DNA of 64,000 bases from Candidatus Falkowbacteria bacterium (GTDB lineage: Bacteria > Patescibacteriota > Patescibacteriia > Patescibacteriales > UBA12465), in contig CP066698.1 in the NCBI GenBank assembly GCA_016432645.1, positions 773,062-837,061 of the forward strand, written 5' to 3'. Below are positions 26,229 to 35,773 of this stretch, piece after piece (position 1 is the stretch's first letter; the number at the start of each line of letters is the position of its first letter). The notes under the pieces were generated by a model. It was given only the letters and a program-made list of their open reading frames with translations. It was not told the DNA's origin and ran no database searches. The position numbers and the translations under genes are program-made.

Positions 26229-26247
26229 GTTAATTTTCATTTATAAT
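26219..26247 (+). promoter_or_regulatory. candidate uvrA promoter
   Basis: TTGTTT, 17-nt spacer, TATAAT (26242..26247). Supports the ATG at 26278 as the start. Confidence 0.4.
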
Positions 26248-26277
26248 ATCTGCAATATTAATTTAAATTTATTTGTT

Positions 26278-28767
26278 ATGGCGACTGACTTTATTAAGAT
26301 TCGCGGCGCTCGGACTAATAACTTAAAGAATGTCGATTTAGATATTCCCAGAAACCAGTTGGTGGTCATCACCGGCCTATCCGGTTCTGGAAAATCGTCA
26401 TTAGCTTTTGATACTATTTATGCTGAAGGCCAGAGGCGTTATGTAGAATCCTTATCCTCCTATGCGCGGCAATTTGTCGGTTTGATGGACAAGCCGGACG
26501 TAGATATGATTGAAGGTTTGTCGCCGGCCATTTCCATTGACCAGCGCACTGTCGGTTCTAATCCGCGTTCTACCGTCGGTACTATCACGGAAATTTATGA
26601 TTATCTCCGTTTGTTATACGCTAAATGCGGCCAACCTGCTTGTCCGATTTGCGGCCAGGCTCTGACAAAACAATCCGTTGAAAAGAAAATTTCTAAAATT
26701 ATTGCCGGCAAAACCGTTAAGTCCTCTAAAGTAGAAAGATTTTTTTCTTGCAGCGATTGCGGTTATAGCCGCGCTGATCTGGAGCCGCGGGATTTTTCTT
26801 TTAATTCCGGCCACGGGGCCTGCGCAGCTTGCGGCGGCTTGGGGACTAAAATGGAAATAGATACCAGTTTGGTTTTTAACAACAATCTCAGTATTTTAGA
26901 GGGGGCGATTAAACCGCTTTCCCATGCCAATTTAAATGGCAATGGCTTGATGGCGGAACTGGAAGGATTAGCTAAGCGCTATAATTTTAATTTACGCAGC
27001 GCGGTAAAAGATTTGAGTCCGGAAATTATAAAAATTTTATTGGCTGGCGATTCGGAATTCGGCGGCATTATAAAATATTTAGATAATAAGTATCAAGAAA
27101 CTAAATCTAATTTTGTAAAACAGGAAATCGAAAAGATTATGCGGGTTTCCTTGTGTCCAACTTGCCACGGCGCGCGCTTAAAGGCCGAATCCCTGGCAGT
27201 TAAGGTTCAGGGAATGTCTATTTTAGAAATTTCGCAATTGAGCATTGATAAGCTTAGCGGTTTATTTGTTGATTGGCTGAAAGATCCTAAAAAATTACAA
27301 GGTAATACCCAAATAATGCTGCCGATTATTAAAGAGATTTCTAAAAATTTAGGATTTTTGGCGGATGTCGGCTTGGGTTATTTAACTCTTTTGCGTTCAG
27401 CATCAACTTTATCTGGCGGTGAAGCCCAAAGAATCAGATTAGCATCTCAAGTCGGTTCGGCTTTGTCCGGGGTATTATATGTTTTAGATGAGCCTTCAAT
27501 CGGATTGCATCAGAAAGATAACGATAAATTAATTCATACTTTAAAAAATTTGCGAGACAATGGCAATACGGTAATTGTAGTTGAACATGATGCCACGACG
27601 ATGATGGCTGCCGATTATTTGGTTGATGTCGGTCCCGGAGCCGGTGACAATGGCGGTCAGATTTTATTTGTAGGGAAGCCTGAAGATATTAAAAATTGTG
27701 GACAATCGCTCACCGGTGCTTATTTATCAGGCAAAAAACAAATTAAAATTCCTAAAAAATTCCGCCCTGGAAATGGCAAAGCTTTGGAAATTATTGGCGC
27801 CCGCGAACATAATTTGAAAAATATTAATGTTAAATTTCCTTTAGGGAAATTAATCGCTATTACCGGTGTTTCTGGTTCTGGTAAATCAACTTTGATGAAC
27901 GATATTTTAGCTGCGGCTCTGACTAAGAAGTTTTATCGCGCTAAAACTGAACCCGGAGCTCATGATGGAATTAAGGGATTAGAATTTATTGATAAAATTA
28001 TTGATATTGATCAATCGCCAATTGGCCGGACGCCGCGTTCCAATCCGGCGACCTATACTGGCTTGTTTACCAATATCCGCGATTTGTTTGCAGAATTGCC
28101 GGAGGCGCGCGTTAAGGGTTTGGGCGCCGGACATTTTTCTTTTAATGTCCCAGGCGGCCGCTGTGAAAATTGCGCCGGCGATGGCGTCATTAAAGTGGAG
28201 ATGCAATTTTTAGCCGACGTCTATTTAACTTGCGATGTGTGTGGCGGCCAAAAATTTAAACCGAAAGTTCTGGAAGTAACCTATCAAGGCAAAAATATTT
28301 ATGAAGTTCTAGAAATGACGGTTCATGAAGCTTTAGATTTTTTTAAGGGTATTCCCGCGATTACCCAAAAATTAAATACGCTTAATGAAGTCGGTCTGGG
28401 TTATATCAAGCTGGGCCAGAGCGCGACTACCTTTTCTGGCGGGGAAGCACAGCGCATTAAACTCGCCACCGAACTTTCACGGCGTTCTACTGGCAAGACC
28501 CTTTATATTTTAGATGAACCAACTACTGGCTTGCATTTTGATGATATTGATCGCTTGCTAAAAGTATTGAATATGCTAGTTGACCAAGGAAATACCGTTT
28601 TAGTGATTGAACATAATTTGGATGTTATTAAATCCGTTGACTGGGTGATAGACTTGGGTCCGAGCGGCGGCGAAAAAGGTGGCTATTTAGTGGCCGCCGG
28701 TACGCCTCCGGAAATAGCGAAGGTGAAAGAAAGTTTTACTGGGCAGTATTTGAAAGATTTAGTTTAA
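26278..28767 (+). CDS. uvrA: excinuclease ABC subunit A, short form lacking the UvrB-binding domain
   Basis: Two ABC ATPase modules (GLSGSGKSS and GVSGSGKST; LSGGEAQR twice) and zinc modules. Only about 30 aa lie between CPICG and CSDCG, where canonical UvrA has about 135 aa. Confidence 0.9.
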   Translation: MATDFIKIRGARTNNLKNVDLDIPRNQLVVITGLSGSGKSSLAFDTIYAEGQRRYVESLSSYARQFVGLMDKPDVDMIEGLSPAISIDQRTVGSNPRSTVGTITEIYDYLRLLYAKCGQPACPICGQALTKQSVEKKISKIIAGKTVKSSKVERFFSCSDCGYSRADLEPRDFSFNSGHGACAACGGLGTKMEIDTSLVFNNNLSILEGAIKPLSHANLNGNGLMAELEGLAKRYNFNLRSAVKDLSPEIIKILLAGDSEFGGIIKYLDNKYQETKSNFVKQEIEKIMRVSLCPTCHGARLKAESLAVKVQGMSILEISQLSIDKLSGLFVDWLKDPKKLQGNTQIMLPIIKEISKNLGFLADVGLGYLTLLRSASTLSGGEAQRIRLASQVGSALSGVLYVLDEPSIGLHQKDNDKLIHTLKNLRDNGNTVIVVEHDATTMMAADYLVDVGPGAGDNGGQILFVGKPEDIKNCGQSLTGAYLSGKKQIKIPKKFRPGNGKALEIIGAREHNLKNINVKFPLGKLIAITGVSGSGKSTLMNDILAAALTKKFYRAKTEPGAHDGIKGLEFIDKIIDIDQSPIGRTPRSNPATYTGLFTNIRDLFAELPEARVKGLGAGHFSFNVPGGRCENCAGDGVIKVEMQFLADVYLTCDVCGGQKFKPKVLEVTYQGKNIYEVLEMTVHEALDFFKGIPAITQKLNTLNEVGLGYIKLGQSATTFSGGEAQRIKLATELSRRSTGKTLYILDEPTTGLHFDDIDRLLKVLNMLVDQGNTVLVIEHNLDVIKSVDWVIDLGPSGGEKGGYLVAAGTPPEIAKVKESFTGQYLKDLV

Positions 28768-28802
28768 ATGGAAATTGTTTAGCAACGCTTAGCCTATTAA
28801 AT

Positions 28803-28836
28803 AAAAAAAATCCCCGTATTTTGCGGGGATTTTTTG
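28803..28836. terminator. bidirectional terminator
   Basis: A8 - ATCCCCG-TATTTTG-CGGGGAT - T5, between convergent uvrA and the 28848 operon. Confidence 0.8.
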
Positions 28837-28847
28837 TCAGTTATTAT

Positions 28848-29345
28848 TTATAGATGTGCCAGTATTTTTAAATCCAGTTTCTTATAATCTGTTTCTAGGA
28901 CGGCAAAGGTAGCCTGGAAAAAGGTGCCGGAAATGTTTCCGGGATTAGCCAGGAAAGTCGGTCCTTGTTTTTCTAGCCAGGGTTTATGACTATGGCCGAA
29001 AAAAATAAAATCTAAAGCTTGCGAACCAATATTTGTTATTTTTTTGATATCTTTGTGTTGATGGCAAAATCCTAAATTTAGTCCACCTATTTTTTTGTTG
29101 CCGGCTAGGCCGTAATATTTAATATTTTTTAAGGTTTTTAAATCTGTTTCTGAAAAAGTTTCGCCGTTACCTTCAACCAAATAAATTTTTCCTGCAAAAT
29201 TATTGGCTAAAAATTTTAAAGTGTCGGCATCGCAGACATCGCCGCAACAAATCATTTCCTTTATTTTATGGTCTTTGCACCAGTCCAGGCATTTGGTCAA
29301 ATTTAAAAGATTGTCATGGATATCGGAAATAATCGCCACTAACAT
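28848..29345 (-). CDS. metallophosphoesterase (YfcE/MJ0936-like)
   Basis: MLVAIISDIHDN, CCGDV, GNGE and FGHSHKP motifs. ATG at 29345, 4 nt after the upstream stop. Confidence 0.75.
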   Translation of the reverse strand: MLVAIISDIHDNLLNLTKCLDWCKDHKIKEMICCGDVCDADTLKFLANNFAGKIYLVEGNGETFSETDLKTLKNIKYYGLAGNKKIGGLNLGFCHQHKDIKKITNIGSQALDFIFFGHSHKPWLEKQGPTFLANPGNISGTFFQATFAVLETDYKKLDLKILAHL

Positions 29346-29349
29346 ATTT

Positions 29350-29925
29350 TTATTTGCCAATTCGCATTTTAATTTCGTAGGCCATTTGCTCCAGTTTTCT
29401 TAAATGCCCGCGCGCTTGGTCGTATTTAGTTCTCAGATATCCGGTCATATCGAAATCAATCAGCTGTGCCATAATATCTTCGGCTGCTTTTTTAATTTTT
29501 GCGACTTCAGTAAACTTGCCTTTGGCGGCTTGATTAGTGGCATAACGCACCAGTTCGCCGATTAAATCGCAGATACCGCCCAAGTATGATTCATAATCAA
29601 GATTCAGGCCAGTGCTAGACTTAATTTCTTTCTTTTTAATTATCAAATAAAAAGTCTTGCCCTCTAAATATTCTTCCGCCGCCGCTTTATAAGCGCCCTC
29701 TTTTTTCAATCTTTCGGCGCCAAAGCGCTTTTCTAAATTAGCCAGCGCCTTTTCCATCTCAGTTATTTTAGCTTCGGCAGTTTTAAAATCCTGTCGCTGC
29801 AAAGAAAAAATAGTTTTTTTAGCTTCAAATAAAATACCGTTAGAGGCACTAATAATTTGTCGGCGCTCGCTTTCGTTGGCTTGGTAGTCTTTCTTCAAAT
29901 CATCTAAGAATTTTTTGTTTATCAT
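29350..29925 (-). CDS. translin family protein
   Basis: YLGGICDLIGELVRY and LRTKYDQARGHLRKLEQMAYEI match the C-terminal translin/TRAX helices. All-helical, 191 aa. Confidence 0.65.
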   Translation of the reverse strand: MINKKFLDDLKKDYQANESERRQIISASNGILFEAKKTIFSLQRQDFKTAEAKITEMEKALANLEKRFGAERLKKEGAYKAAAEEYLEGKTFYLIIKKKEIKSSTGLNLDYESYLGGICDLIGELVRYATNQAAKGKFTEVAKIKKAAEDIMAQLIDFDMTGYLRTKYDQARGHLRKLEQMAYEIKMRIGK

Positions 29926-29929
29926 ATGT

Positions 29930-32900
29930 TTAGATTACTCGGAATACTTCTTCTAAAGTTGTTTCCCCGTTTAATACTTTTAAGATGCCGTCTTGGAGCA
30001 TAGTGACCATACCGTTTTTAATAGCTTCTTGCTCAATTTCGAAGTCGGTAACTCTTTCGTTTTGAATTATAGTTTGGATGCTGGGCGACATGGTTATCGC
30101 TTCGTAAAGGCCGATTCTTCCTTTATATCCAATTTGGCCGCATTTTTCACAGCCGGCACCTTTATAAAAAGTTAATTTTTCCGGAATGGTAACCGCCGGG
30201 TTATTAATGCTGGCTAAAATATTTTTTACTTTTTCTAAATCTTCGGGACTGGCTGAAACCTCCTGCCTGCAATCAGGGCAGATGCGTCGGGCTAAGCGTT
30301 GGCCGATAGTATATTCTATGGAGTTAGCCAGCGCTTGGCGTTCAACGCCGAGGCCGACAAAGCGGGAAATTGCGCCAGCGGCGCTGTTAGCATGGATAGT
30401 GGATAAGACTAAATGGCCGGTCATCGCCGCTTCAATAGATATTTTAGCGGTTTCCGCATCTCTAATTTCACCAATCATCATGATGTTTGGATTTTGGCGC
30501 AGTAAGGATTTCATCGCGGAAACAAAAGTATAGCCGCTTGCTTCGTCAATTTGCGTCTGCATTACGCCTGGCAGCTGGTATTCAATCGGATCTTCGACGG
30601 TAATAATTTTAACATCTGGTTTGTTAAGTTGATTAAGAGCGCTGTAGAGCGTGGTAGTTTTACCGCTACCAGTCGGTCCGGTGGTGATAATAATGCCTTT
30701 GTTTTTTTTCAACGCGACTTCTAAAGAAGATAAAGTGGTGCCGGTAATTCCCAATTTTACCATATCTAAATTAGCGGCCTCGGTTGTTAATAAGCGGATA
30801 ACGATGGTTTCACCATAGCCCCCGGAAATAATTGATAAACGGCAGTCAATTTTATGGTCCGGCAGATAAACACTGAAACGGCCGTCAAAGGTGGCGCGCT
30901 TAATGTTGGTTGGAGTGCCAGCTAAAATCTTTACTTCCGATAACAACGGTAAATAACTGGTTTTTGGTAAGGAAAAAATATCATGTAGGATGCCGTCAAT
31001 GCGAAAACGAATCTTGACTTCATCAGCTGTCGGCTCAATATGAACATCACCCGCTTCTCGCAAGACAGCGAGCGTCATGGTTAACCTAATTAAATCAGAG
31101 GTAGGTACTTCTTTGGCTTTTTCTCTGATATCTAAAATATTTTTACTTAATCCTTGAGCCTCTTCCACTTGCTGCGCGCTTATCTTAACACCGCGGCCGA
31201 TGGTCTGCGAGATAACGATATCGTAGAGCTCATTAACATAATCAAAATTACCAATGACGCGATAAACCTCTTCCAGACTAGTTTCGCCGTCCAAAGCTTT
31301 TAAGACGCCATCCTGAAGCATGGTAATCATGCCATTTTCAATCGCTTGCTGGAGAATCTTGAAAGAAGGCGCTTGCTCTACCGTTAATTGGCGAATTTTG
31401 TCGTCTAGGGTAAAAATTTCAAAAATACCGGAGCGCCCCTTATAGCCGGTAAAGTTGCACTGTTCACAGCCGGCGCCCGCTTGAAAAACATTTGGTAATT
31501 TAGCGGGGATGCTGATTCCGGTTTTTGGCGAGATGACCGCCAATATTTTATTTACCAACTCTCCTTCGTCGGCGCTTAAAGTTTTTTCTTGGCGGCAATG
31601 GATACATAAGCGCCTGACTAGACGCTGTCCGATAACTGCATTGATTGAGGGCGCTAAAAAATAGGGCTTTACTCCAATATCGATTAAGCGCGGGATTACT
31701 CCGGCGGCGTCATTAGTATGTAGAGTTGATAACACAATATGGCCGGTAAGCGAGGCCTGCACAGAAATTTCTGCGGTTTCTAAGTCTCTAATTTCACCAA
31801 CCATGACTACGTTAGGATCTTGGCGCAAGATTGATCTTAAGCCTTCAGAAAAACTGAAGCCGTGTTTGCTATCCACCTGGCTTTGATTGATGCCTGATAA
31901 TTGATATTCAATCGGATCTTCCAGAGTAATTATTTTAGTGCCTGATTGGTTAAGTTGATTAATGACAGCATATAAAGTTGTGGTTTTCCCGCTGCCGGTT
32001 GGCCCGGTTGTCAAAATTAAACCGTTCGGTTTAGCAATTTCTCTTTTTAAAATCGGCAAGACTTCCGGCCGGACGCCTAAATTTTCAATATCCAAAGAGG
32101 TCATGGCGGAATCTAAAAGGCGCATCACCACGCTCTCGCCAAAAGCTGTCGGTAGAAAAGAACAGCGGACGTCAACACGACGCTTCTCTAAATAAATAGT
32201 ATAGCGTCCGTCTTGCGGTTTATTTTCAATATTAATTTTAACGCGCGCCAATATCTTTAAGCGGGAAATAATTTTATGCCATTTTTCACGGCTGATAACG
32301 GCCGCTTCTTGCAAAACGCCATCCAATCTCATTCTGATAACTACGCCGTTATCTTCAGCTTCAATATGAACATCACTGGCGCCGACTTTAATAGCGGTTG
32401 CTAAAATTAAGGTGATGACATCAGTGATATTTACGTCATTTATTTTATCATTGAGATTTTTATAACTAGAAATGTCATTTTTAAATTTTTCTAATTGTTC
32501 GGGGCTGATTTCTACGCCGCTTTCATATTTTTTAACTTTTGGCAGCGAACGGTAAGCCTCTAAGGCCGCCTTTAAGCTATTAGGAGAAATAAGGTATAAT
32601 CTGGTGTCGGCAAAATATTGTTCGCTTAAACGCTTTGTTTCTTCCAGGACTTCAGCGCTTGGATTTAAGCAGCCGACTCTAATATTCTTGCCATCATAAA
32701 AAAAACAAATCGCGTTCAATTCTTTGGCGCGATCTTCCTGCATTAAGACCAAGGCCTCGGGGCTAATCGGAAAGCCATAAAGATTAACGTAATCAAGGCC
32801 GAGCTCCTCGGCGTCTCTTTGAGTTTTATGTTCCAGTTCTTTAAGTTTTATTTCCTCTTGCTTCCTCGCAAAAAGACCGGCGACGCTTTCTTCGTCGCCT

Positions 32901-32941
32901 GTCGGATTTAATAAATTTTCGATTGATTCCACCTTTCCCAT
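29930..32941 (-). CDS. tandem double GspE/PilB-type secretion/pilus assembly ATPase
   Basis: N-terminal T2SSE_N-like domain, then two full ATPase modules. Each has Walker A TGPTGSGKTTT, GEIRD, a His box and CxxC...CxxC. Confidence 0.85.
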   Translation of the reverse strand: MGKVESIENLLNPTGDEESVAGLFARKQEEIKLKELEHKTQRDAEELGLDYVNLYGFPISPEALVLMQEDRAKELNAICFFYDGKNIRVGCLNPSAEVLEETKRLSEQYFADTRLYLISPNSLKAALEAYRSLPKVKKYESGVEISPEQLEKFKNDISSYKNLNDKINDVNITDVITLILATAIKVGASDVHIEAEDNGVVIRMRLDGVLQEAAVISREKWHKIISRLKILARVKINIENKPQDGRYTIYLEKRRVDVRCSFLPTAFGESVVMRLLDSAMTSLDIENLGVRPEVLPILKREIAKPNGLILTTGPTGSGKTTTLYAVINQLNQSGTKIITLEDPIEYQLSGINQSQVDSKHGFSFSEGLRSILRQDPNVVMVGEIRDLETAEISVQASLTGHIVLSTLHTNDAAGVIPRLIDIGVKPYFLAPSINAVIGQRLVRRLCIHCRQEKTLSADEGELVNKILAVISPKTGISIPAKLPNVFQAGAGCEQCNFTGYKGRSGIFEIFTLDDKIRQLTVEQAPSFKILQQAIENGMITMLQDGVLKALDGETSLEEVYRVIGNFDYVNELYDIVISQTIGRGVKISAQQVEEAQGLSKNILDIREKAKEVPTSDLIRLTMTLAVLREAGDVHIEPTADEVKIRFRIDGILHDIFSLPKTSYLPLLSEVKILAGTPTNIKRATFDGRFSVYLPDHKIDCRLSIISGGYGETIVIRLLTTEAANLDMVKLGITGTTLSSLEVALKKNKGIIITTGPTGSGKTTTLYSALNQLNKPDVKIITVEDPIEYQLPGVMQTQIDEASGYTFVSAMKSLLRQNPNIMMIGEIRDAETAKISIEAAMTGHLVLSTIHANSAAGAISRFVGLGVERQALANSIEYTIGQRLARRICPDCRQEVSASPEDLEKVKNILASINNPAVTIPEKLTFYKGAGCEKCGQIGYKGRIGLYEAITMSPSIQTIIQNERVTDFEIEQEAIKNGMVTMLQDGILKVLNGETTLEEVFRVI

Positions 32942-32944
32942 AGT

Positions 32945-33925
32945 TTAAGCTTTTTTCTTGAACATTCTTTCCAATTTAGCTTCGCCTCGGCCCTCTTCTA
33001 ATTCTAAGAATAAATCAGTCCAGGCAGACACTTGGAAAGTTGTTAGAATCGCTCCAGTAAATAAAATTAGAGCGAGGACAATAAACATCAATAAAACTAA
33101 CAGCCAGGCTAAGCCGTAATTGGCGGCAAAAACGAGGTATGGGAAAATAAAAATTGAAATAATCACTAGCAACAGGAAGCCAGCCAAGAAGCTGATAATA
33201 AAGAGAATAATCCCCATTTCAACGCTCATCAGCCAGTTGTTGCCAAATAATTTGATAGCTTTTTTCAAAGAAGCGCAGAACGGCTCCTCATTCAAAACAT
33301 TGTAGGCAATGGCGTATTTAATAATTAAGGACAAGGAAACGGCGATTGGAGTAAAGATTATGAAAGACAATACATAAACCCCAGCTAGGTATACAGAGCC
33401 GTTGACGGCTAAAAATAGTAGAGGAACAGACATTATAAATAAAGCCAGCCCCACTAACAGTTTGATTAAAATATTCAGTCCGAGTACTGGCCAGAAATGG
33501 AGGTGACCTTTAGCTAGATTTTCTCTAATATTTAGAATCGGTGTTTTTTTCTTGGCAACTATTAATTTTTTAGTGCTAACTACTAGCGCTGCCTGTGAGG
33601 ATATGGATAACCAGACAAAAGTCACGATTAAAGTCAGGGTTATAATTAAAACAGTTAAAGTATTGATGATTGTAAAAATATCATAGGAAAATAAATTCCA
33701 AAAACCGGCACAAAAAGAGCCAAAGGCACTTAGGACAACAATTAAGCCGTTAATATGGGAATAGGAATTTTCTAGAGCGCTTGATTGTAGACCATTAGCC
33801 AAGACTTGATATTCAAAAGAGCCGCTGGCGGCCGCGATTGAAGCAAATAACCCAAATAACCAAAGATATTTGTTCTTCCAGGCGATGTTCCAAGATTGTT
33901 TTAAGATTGAGCGATAAGAAAACAT
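32945..33925 (-). CDS. polytopic membrane protein, first gene of the double-ATPase operon
   Basis: 326 aa with about 7-8 TM helices. Its stop lies 3 nt before the ATPase start. No family recognised (not PilC-like). Confidence 0.55.
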   Translation of the reverse strand: MFSYRSILKQSWNIAWKNKYLWLFGLFASIAAASGSFEYQVLANGLQSSALENSYSHINGLIVVLSAFGSFCAGFWNLFSYDIFTIINTLTVLIITLTLIVTFVWLSISSQAALVVSTKKLIVAKKKTPILNIRENLAKGHLHFWPVLGLNILIKLLVGLALFIMSVPLLFLAVNGSVYLAGVYVLSFIIFTPIAVSLSLIIKYAIAYNVLNEEPFCASLKKAIKLFGNNWLMSVEMGIILFIISFLAGFLLLVIISIFIFPYLVFAANYGLAWLLVLLMFIVLALILFTGAILTTFQVSAWTDLFLELEEGRGEAKLERMFKKKA

Positions 33926-34000
33926 AAAATTAAAAGCTAGCTTTGTAGTCCAAACCAGGCGATAAGCGCCGGATTGAAAAACTTAATAAAGTCTGTTAGT

Positions 34001-34030
34001 ATTATAACATAATTCTAAGATTATTACCAA
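34001..34030 (-). promoter_or_regulatory. candidate promoter of the 33925..28848 operon
   Basis: Minus strand reads TTGGTA, 18-nt spacer, TGtTATAAT extended -10. Confidence 0.5.
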
Positions 34031-34064
34031 GTATTTATGGCCTTAAAAAAGGCTAAATAAAATT

Positions 34065-35762
34065 ATGACTTTTCTAGAAAGTCTGAAAAATAAAATAATT
34101 TCTCAACTTGGCGCTTCTGCGCTTATTTTTTCTTATCCGCCCAGTTCTGATTTGGGAGATTTGAGTCTAGCTTGTTTTGAACCGGCTAAAAAAGAAAATA
34201 TTAGTCCGGCAGAATTGGCTAAAAAATGGGCCGAAACAATTAAGCAAAATCCGGAATTAGCCGCTTATTTTTTAGAAATCAAGCCAATTGGCCCTTATCT
34301 TAATTTTTTTATTTCCCCTAAATTATTAGCGGCTGAAATAATCGCGCAAATTAAGAAAGAAAAAGATGACTATGGTCGCAATAATAATGGACGCCAGCAG
34401 CAGATTATGATCGAATATTCTAATGGGAATACTCATAAAGAGTATCATGTCGGGCATTTGCGCAATATTGCTTACGGCGATGCTATTAATCGCTTGCTAA
34501 GCGCTAATGGCTTTAAATCAATACCCGTTTCTTATATTAATGATTTCGGCATTCATGTTGCTAAAACTATTTGGAATTTAAAAAAGAACCCAGAATACAC
34601 TAATCAAAATGAGGCCAAAGGCTGGTTGTTAGGAAAATGTTATGCTGAAGCTAGCCAAAAATTGACGGATAGGCCGGAATATAAATTAGAGGTAACAAAA
34701 ATAATGCAGGAAATTGAAAGCCGGAGCGGCGATAATTATACTCTTTGGAAAGAGACGAGAAATTGGAGCATTGATTACTTCGCTTCCATATATAAGGAAC
34801 TAGATGTTAAATTTGAAAAAACTTTTTATGAGAGTGAGGTGATTGCTGAAGGCCTGGAAATGGTGCAGACCATGTTGGCTAAAAATATTTTAGTTAAAAG
34901 CGAGGGGGCGATTATCGCTAATTTAGAAAAATATGATTTAGGCGTATTACCAATCATTAGATCCGATGGTACGGCTCTTTATCCGGTGGCCGATTTGGCG
35001 CTGGCTGTCAATAAATTTAGTTTATACAATCTGGTAGAGTCTATCTACGTCGTTGATGTTCGTCAAAGTCTCCATTTTAAACAATTATTTAAAGTATTGG
35101 AGCTTTTGGGCTATCAGCAACGCTTAACCCATTTGCCTTATGATTTTGTCACTTTGCCGGGAGGAATGATGTCTTCGCGGACCGGGAATGTTATTACTTA
35201 TGAAGAATTAAAAACTAAGATTAGAACGCGGTTGCTGGCGGAAACCAGAAGCAAGCATGAAGATTGGACTGACGAACAAGTCGCTAAAGTCGCTGATGTT
35301 TTAACAATCGGTATTATTAAATTTGAGATGCTTAAAGTTAGCGCCGATAAAATCATTACTTTCAATATTGAAGAGTCCTTAAAGTTTGATGGCTATACAG
35401 CTTGTTATTTGGAGTATAGTTATGCGCGTTTGCAGAGCATTTTGCGTAAAGAGTCAGGTGTTTCTTTGCTTGGTAAGATTGATTTTGTTTTGTTAGCTGA
35501 AAAAAAAGAAGCAGAGCTATTAATAAAAATTGCCAAATATCCGGAGATGATAATTTTAGCCAGCACTAAACGCAACCCGAGCGAATTAACTAAATATCTT
35601 TTTGAGCTTGCTCAATTATCAAATGATTATTATCATGCCGTTAATATTTTAAAAGCTGATAAAAAGATAAAAAAAGTGCGCTTGGCGCTGATTAGGGCCG
35701 TGTCGCAAGTTTTGAAAAACGGTTTAGGCATCATTGGCCTGGACACCTTAGATGAAATGTAA
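34065..35762 (+). CDS. argS: arginine--tRNA ligase
   Basis: Class I HIGH-type motif HVGHLRN, ArgRS N-terminal domain and DALR anticodon-binding C-terminus ending in M. Confidence 0.95.
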   Translation: MTFLESLKNKIISQLGASALIFSYPPSSDLGDLSLACFEPAKKENISPAELAKKWAETIKQNPELAAYFLEIKPIGPYLNFFISPKLLAAEIIAQIKKEKDDYGRNNNGRQQQIMIEYSNGNTHKEYHVGHLRNIAYGDAINRLLSANGFKSIPVSYINDFGIHVAKTIWNLKKNPEYTNQNEAKGWLLGKCYAEASQKLTDRPEYKLEVTKIMQEIESRSGDNYTLWKETRNWSIDYFASIYKELDVKFEKTFYESEVIAEGLEMVQTMLAKNILVKSEGAIIANLEKYDLGVLPIIRSDGTALYPVADLALAVNKFSLYNLVESIYVVDVRQSLHFKQLFKVLELLGYQQRLTHLPYDFVTLPGGMMSSRTGNVITYEELKTKIRTRLLAETRSKHEDWTDEQVAKVADVLTIGIIKFEMLKVSADKIITFNIEESLKFDGYTACYLEYSYARLQSILRKESGVSLLGKIDFVLLAEKKEAELLIKIAKYPEMIILASTKRNPSELTKYLFELAQLSNDYYHAVNILKADKKIKKVRLALIRAVSQVLKNGLGIIGLDTLDEM

Positions 35763-35773
35763 AAAATAAATAT

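Noticed and set aside
30186-30533. 115-aa ORF, and other ORFs of 60-115 aa, antisense to the double ATPase, lspA, the phosphatases, the M16 peptidase and ndk (for example 3171..3509, 8016..8342, 50614..50955, 40878..41198)
   Set aside because: All are embedded antisense in genes with clear family signatures and have no independent expression signals.
33926-34064. T-box leaders upstream of argS, glyQS and hisS
   Set aside because: The upstream spacers are 139 nt (argS), 11 nt (glyQS) and under 15 nt (hisS). These are too short for a T-box, and no specifier or T-box consensus sequence is visible.
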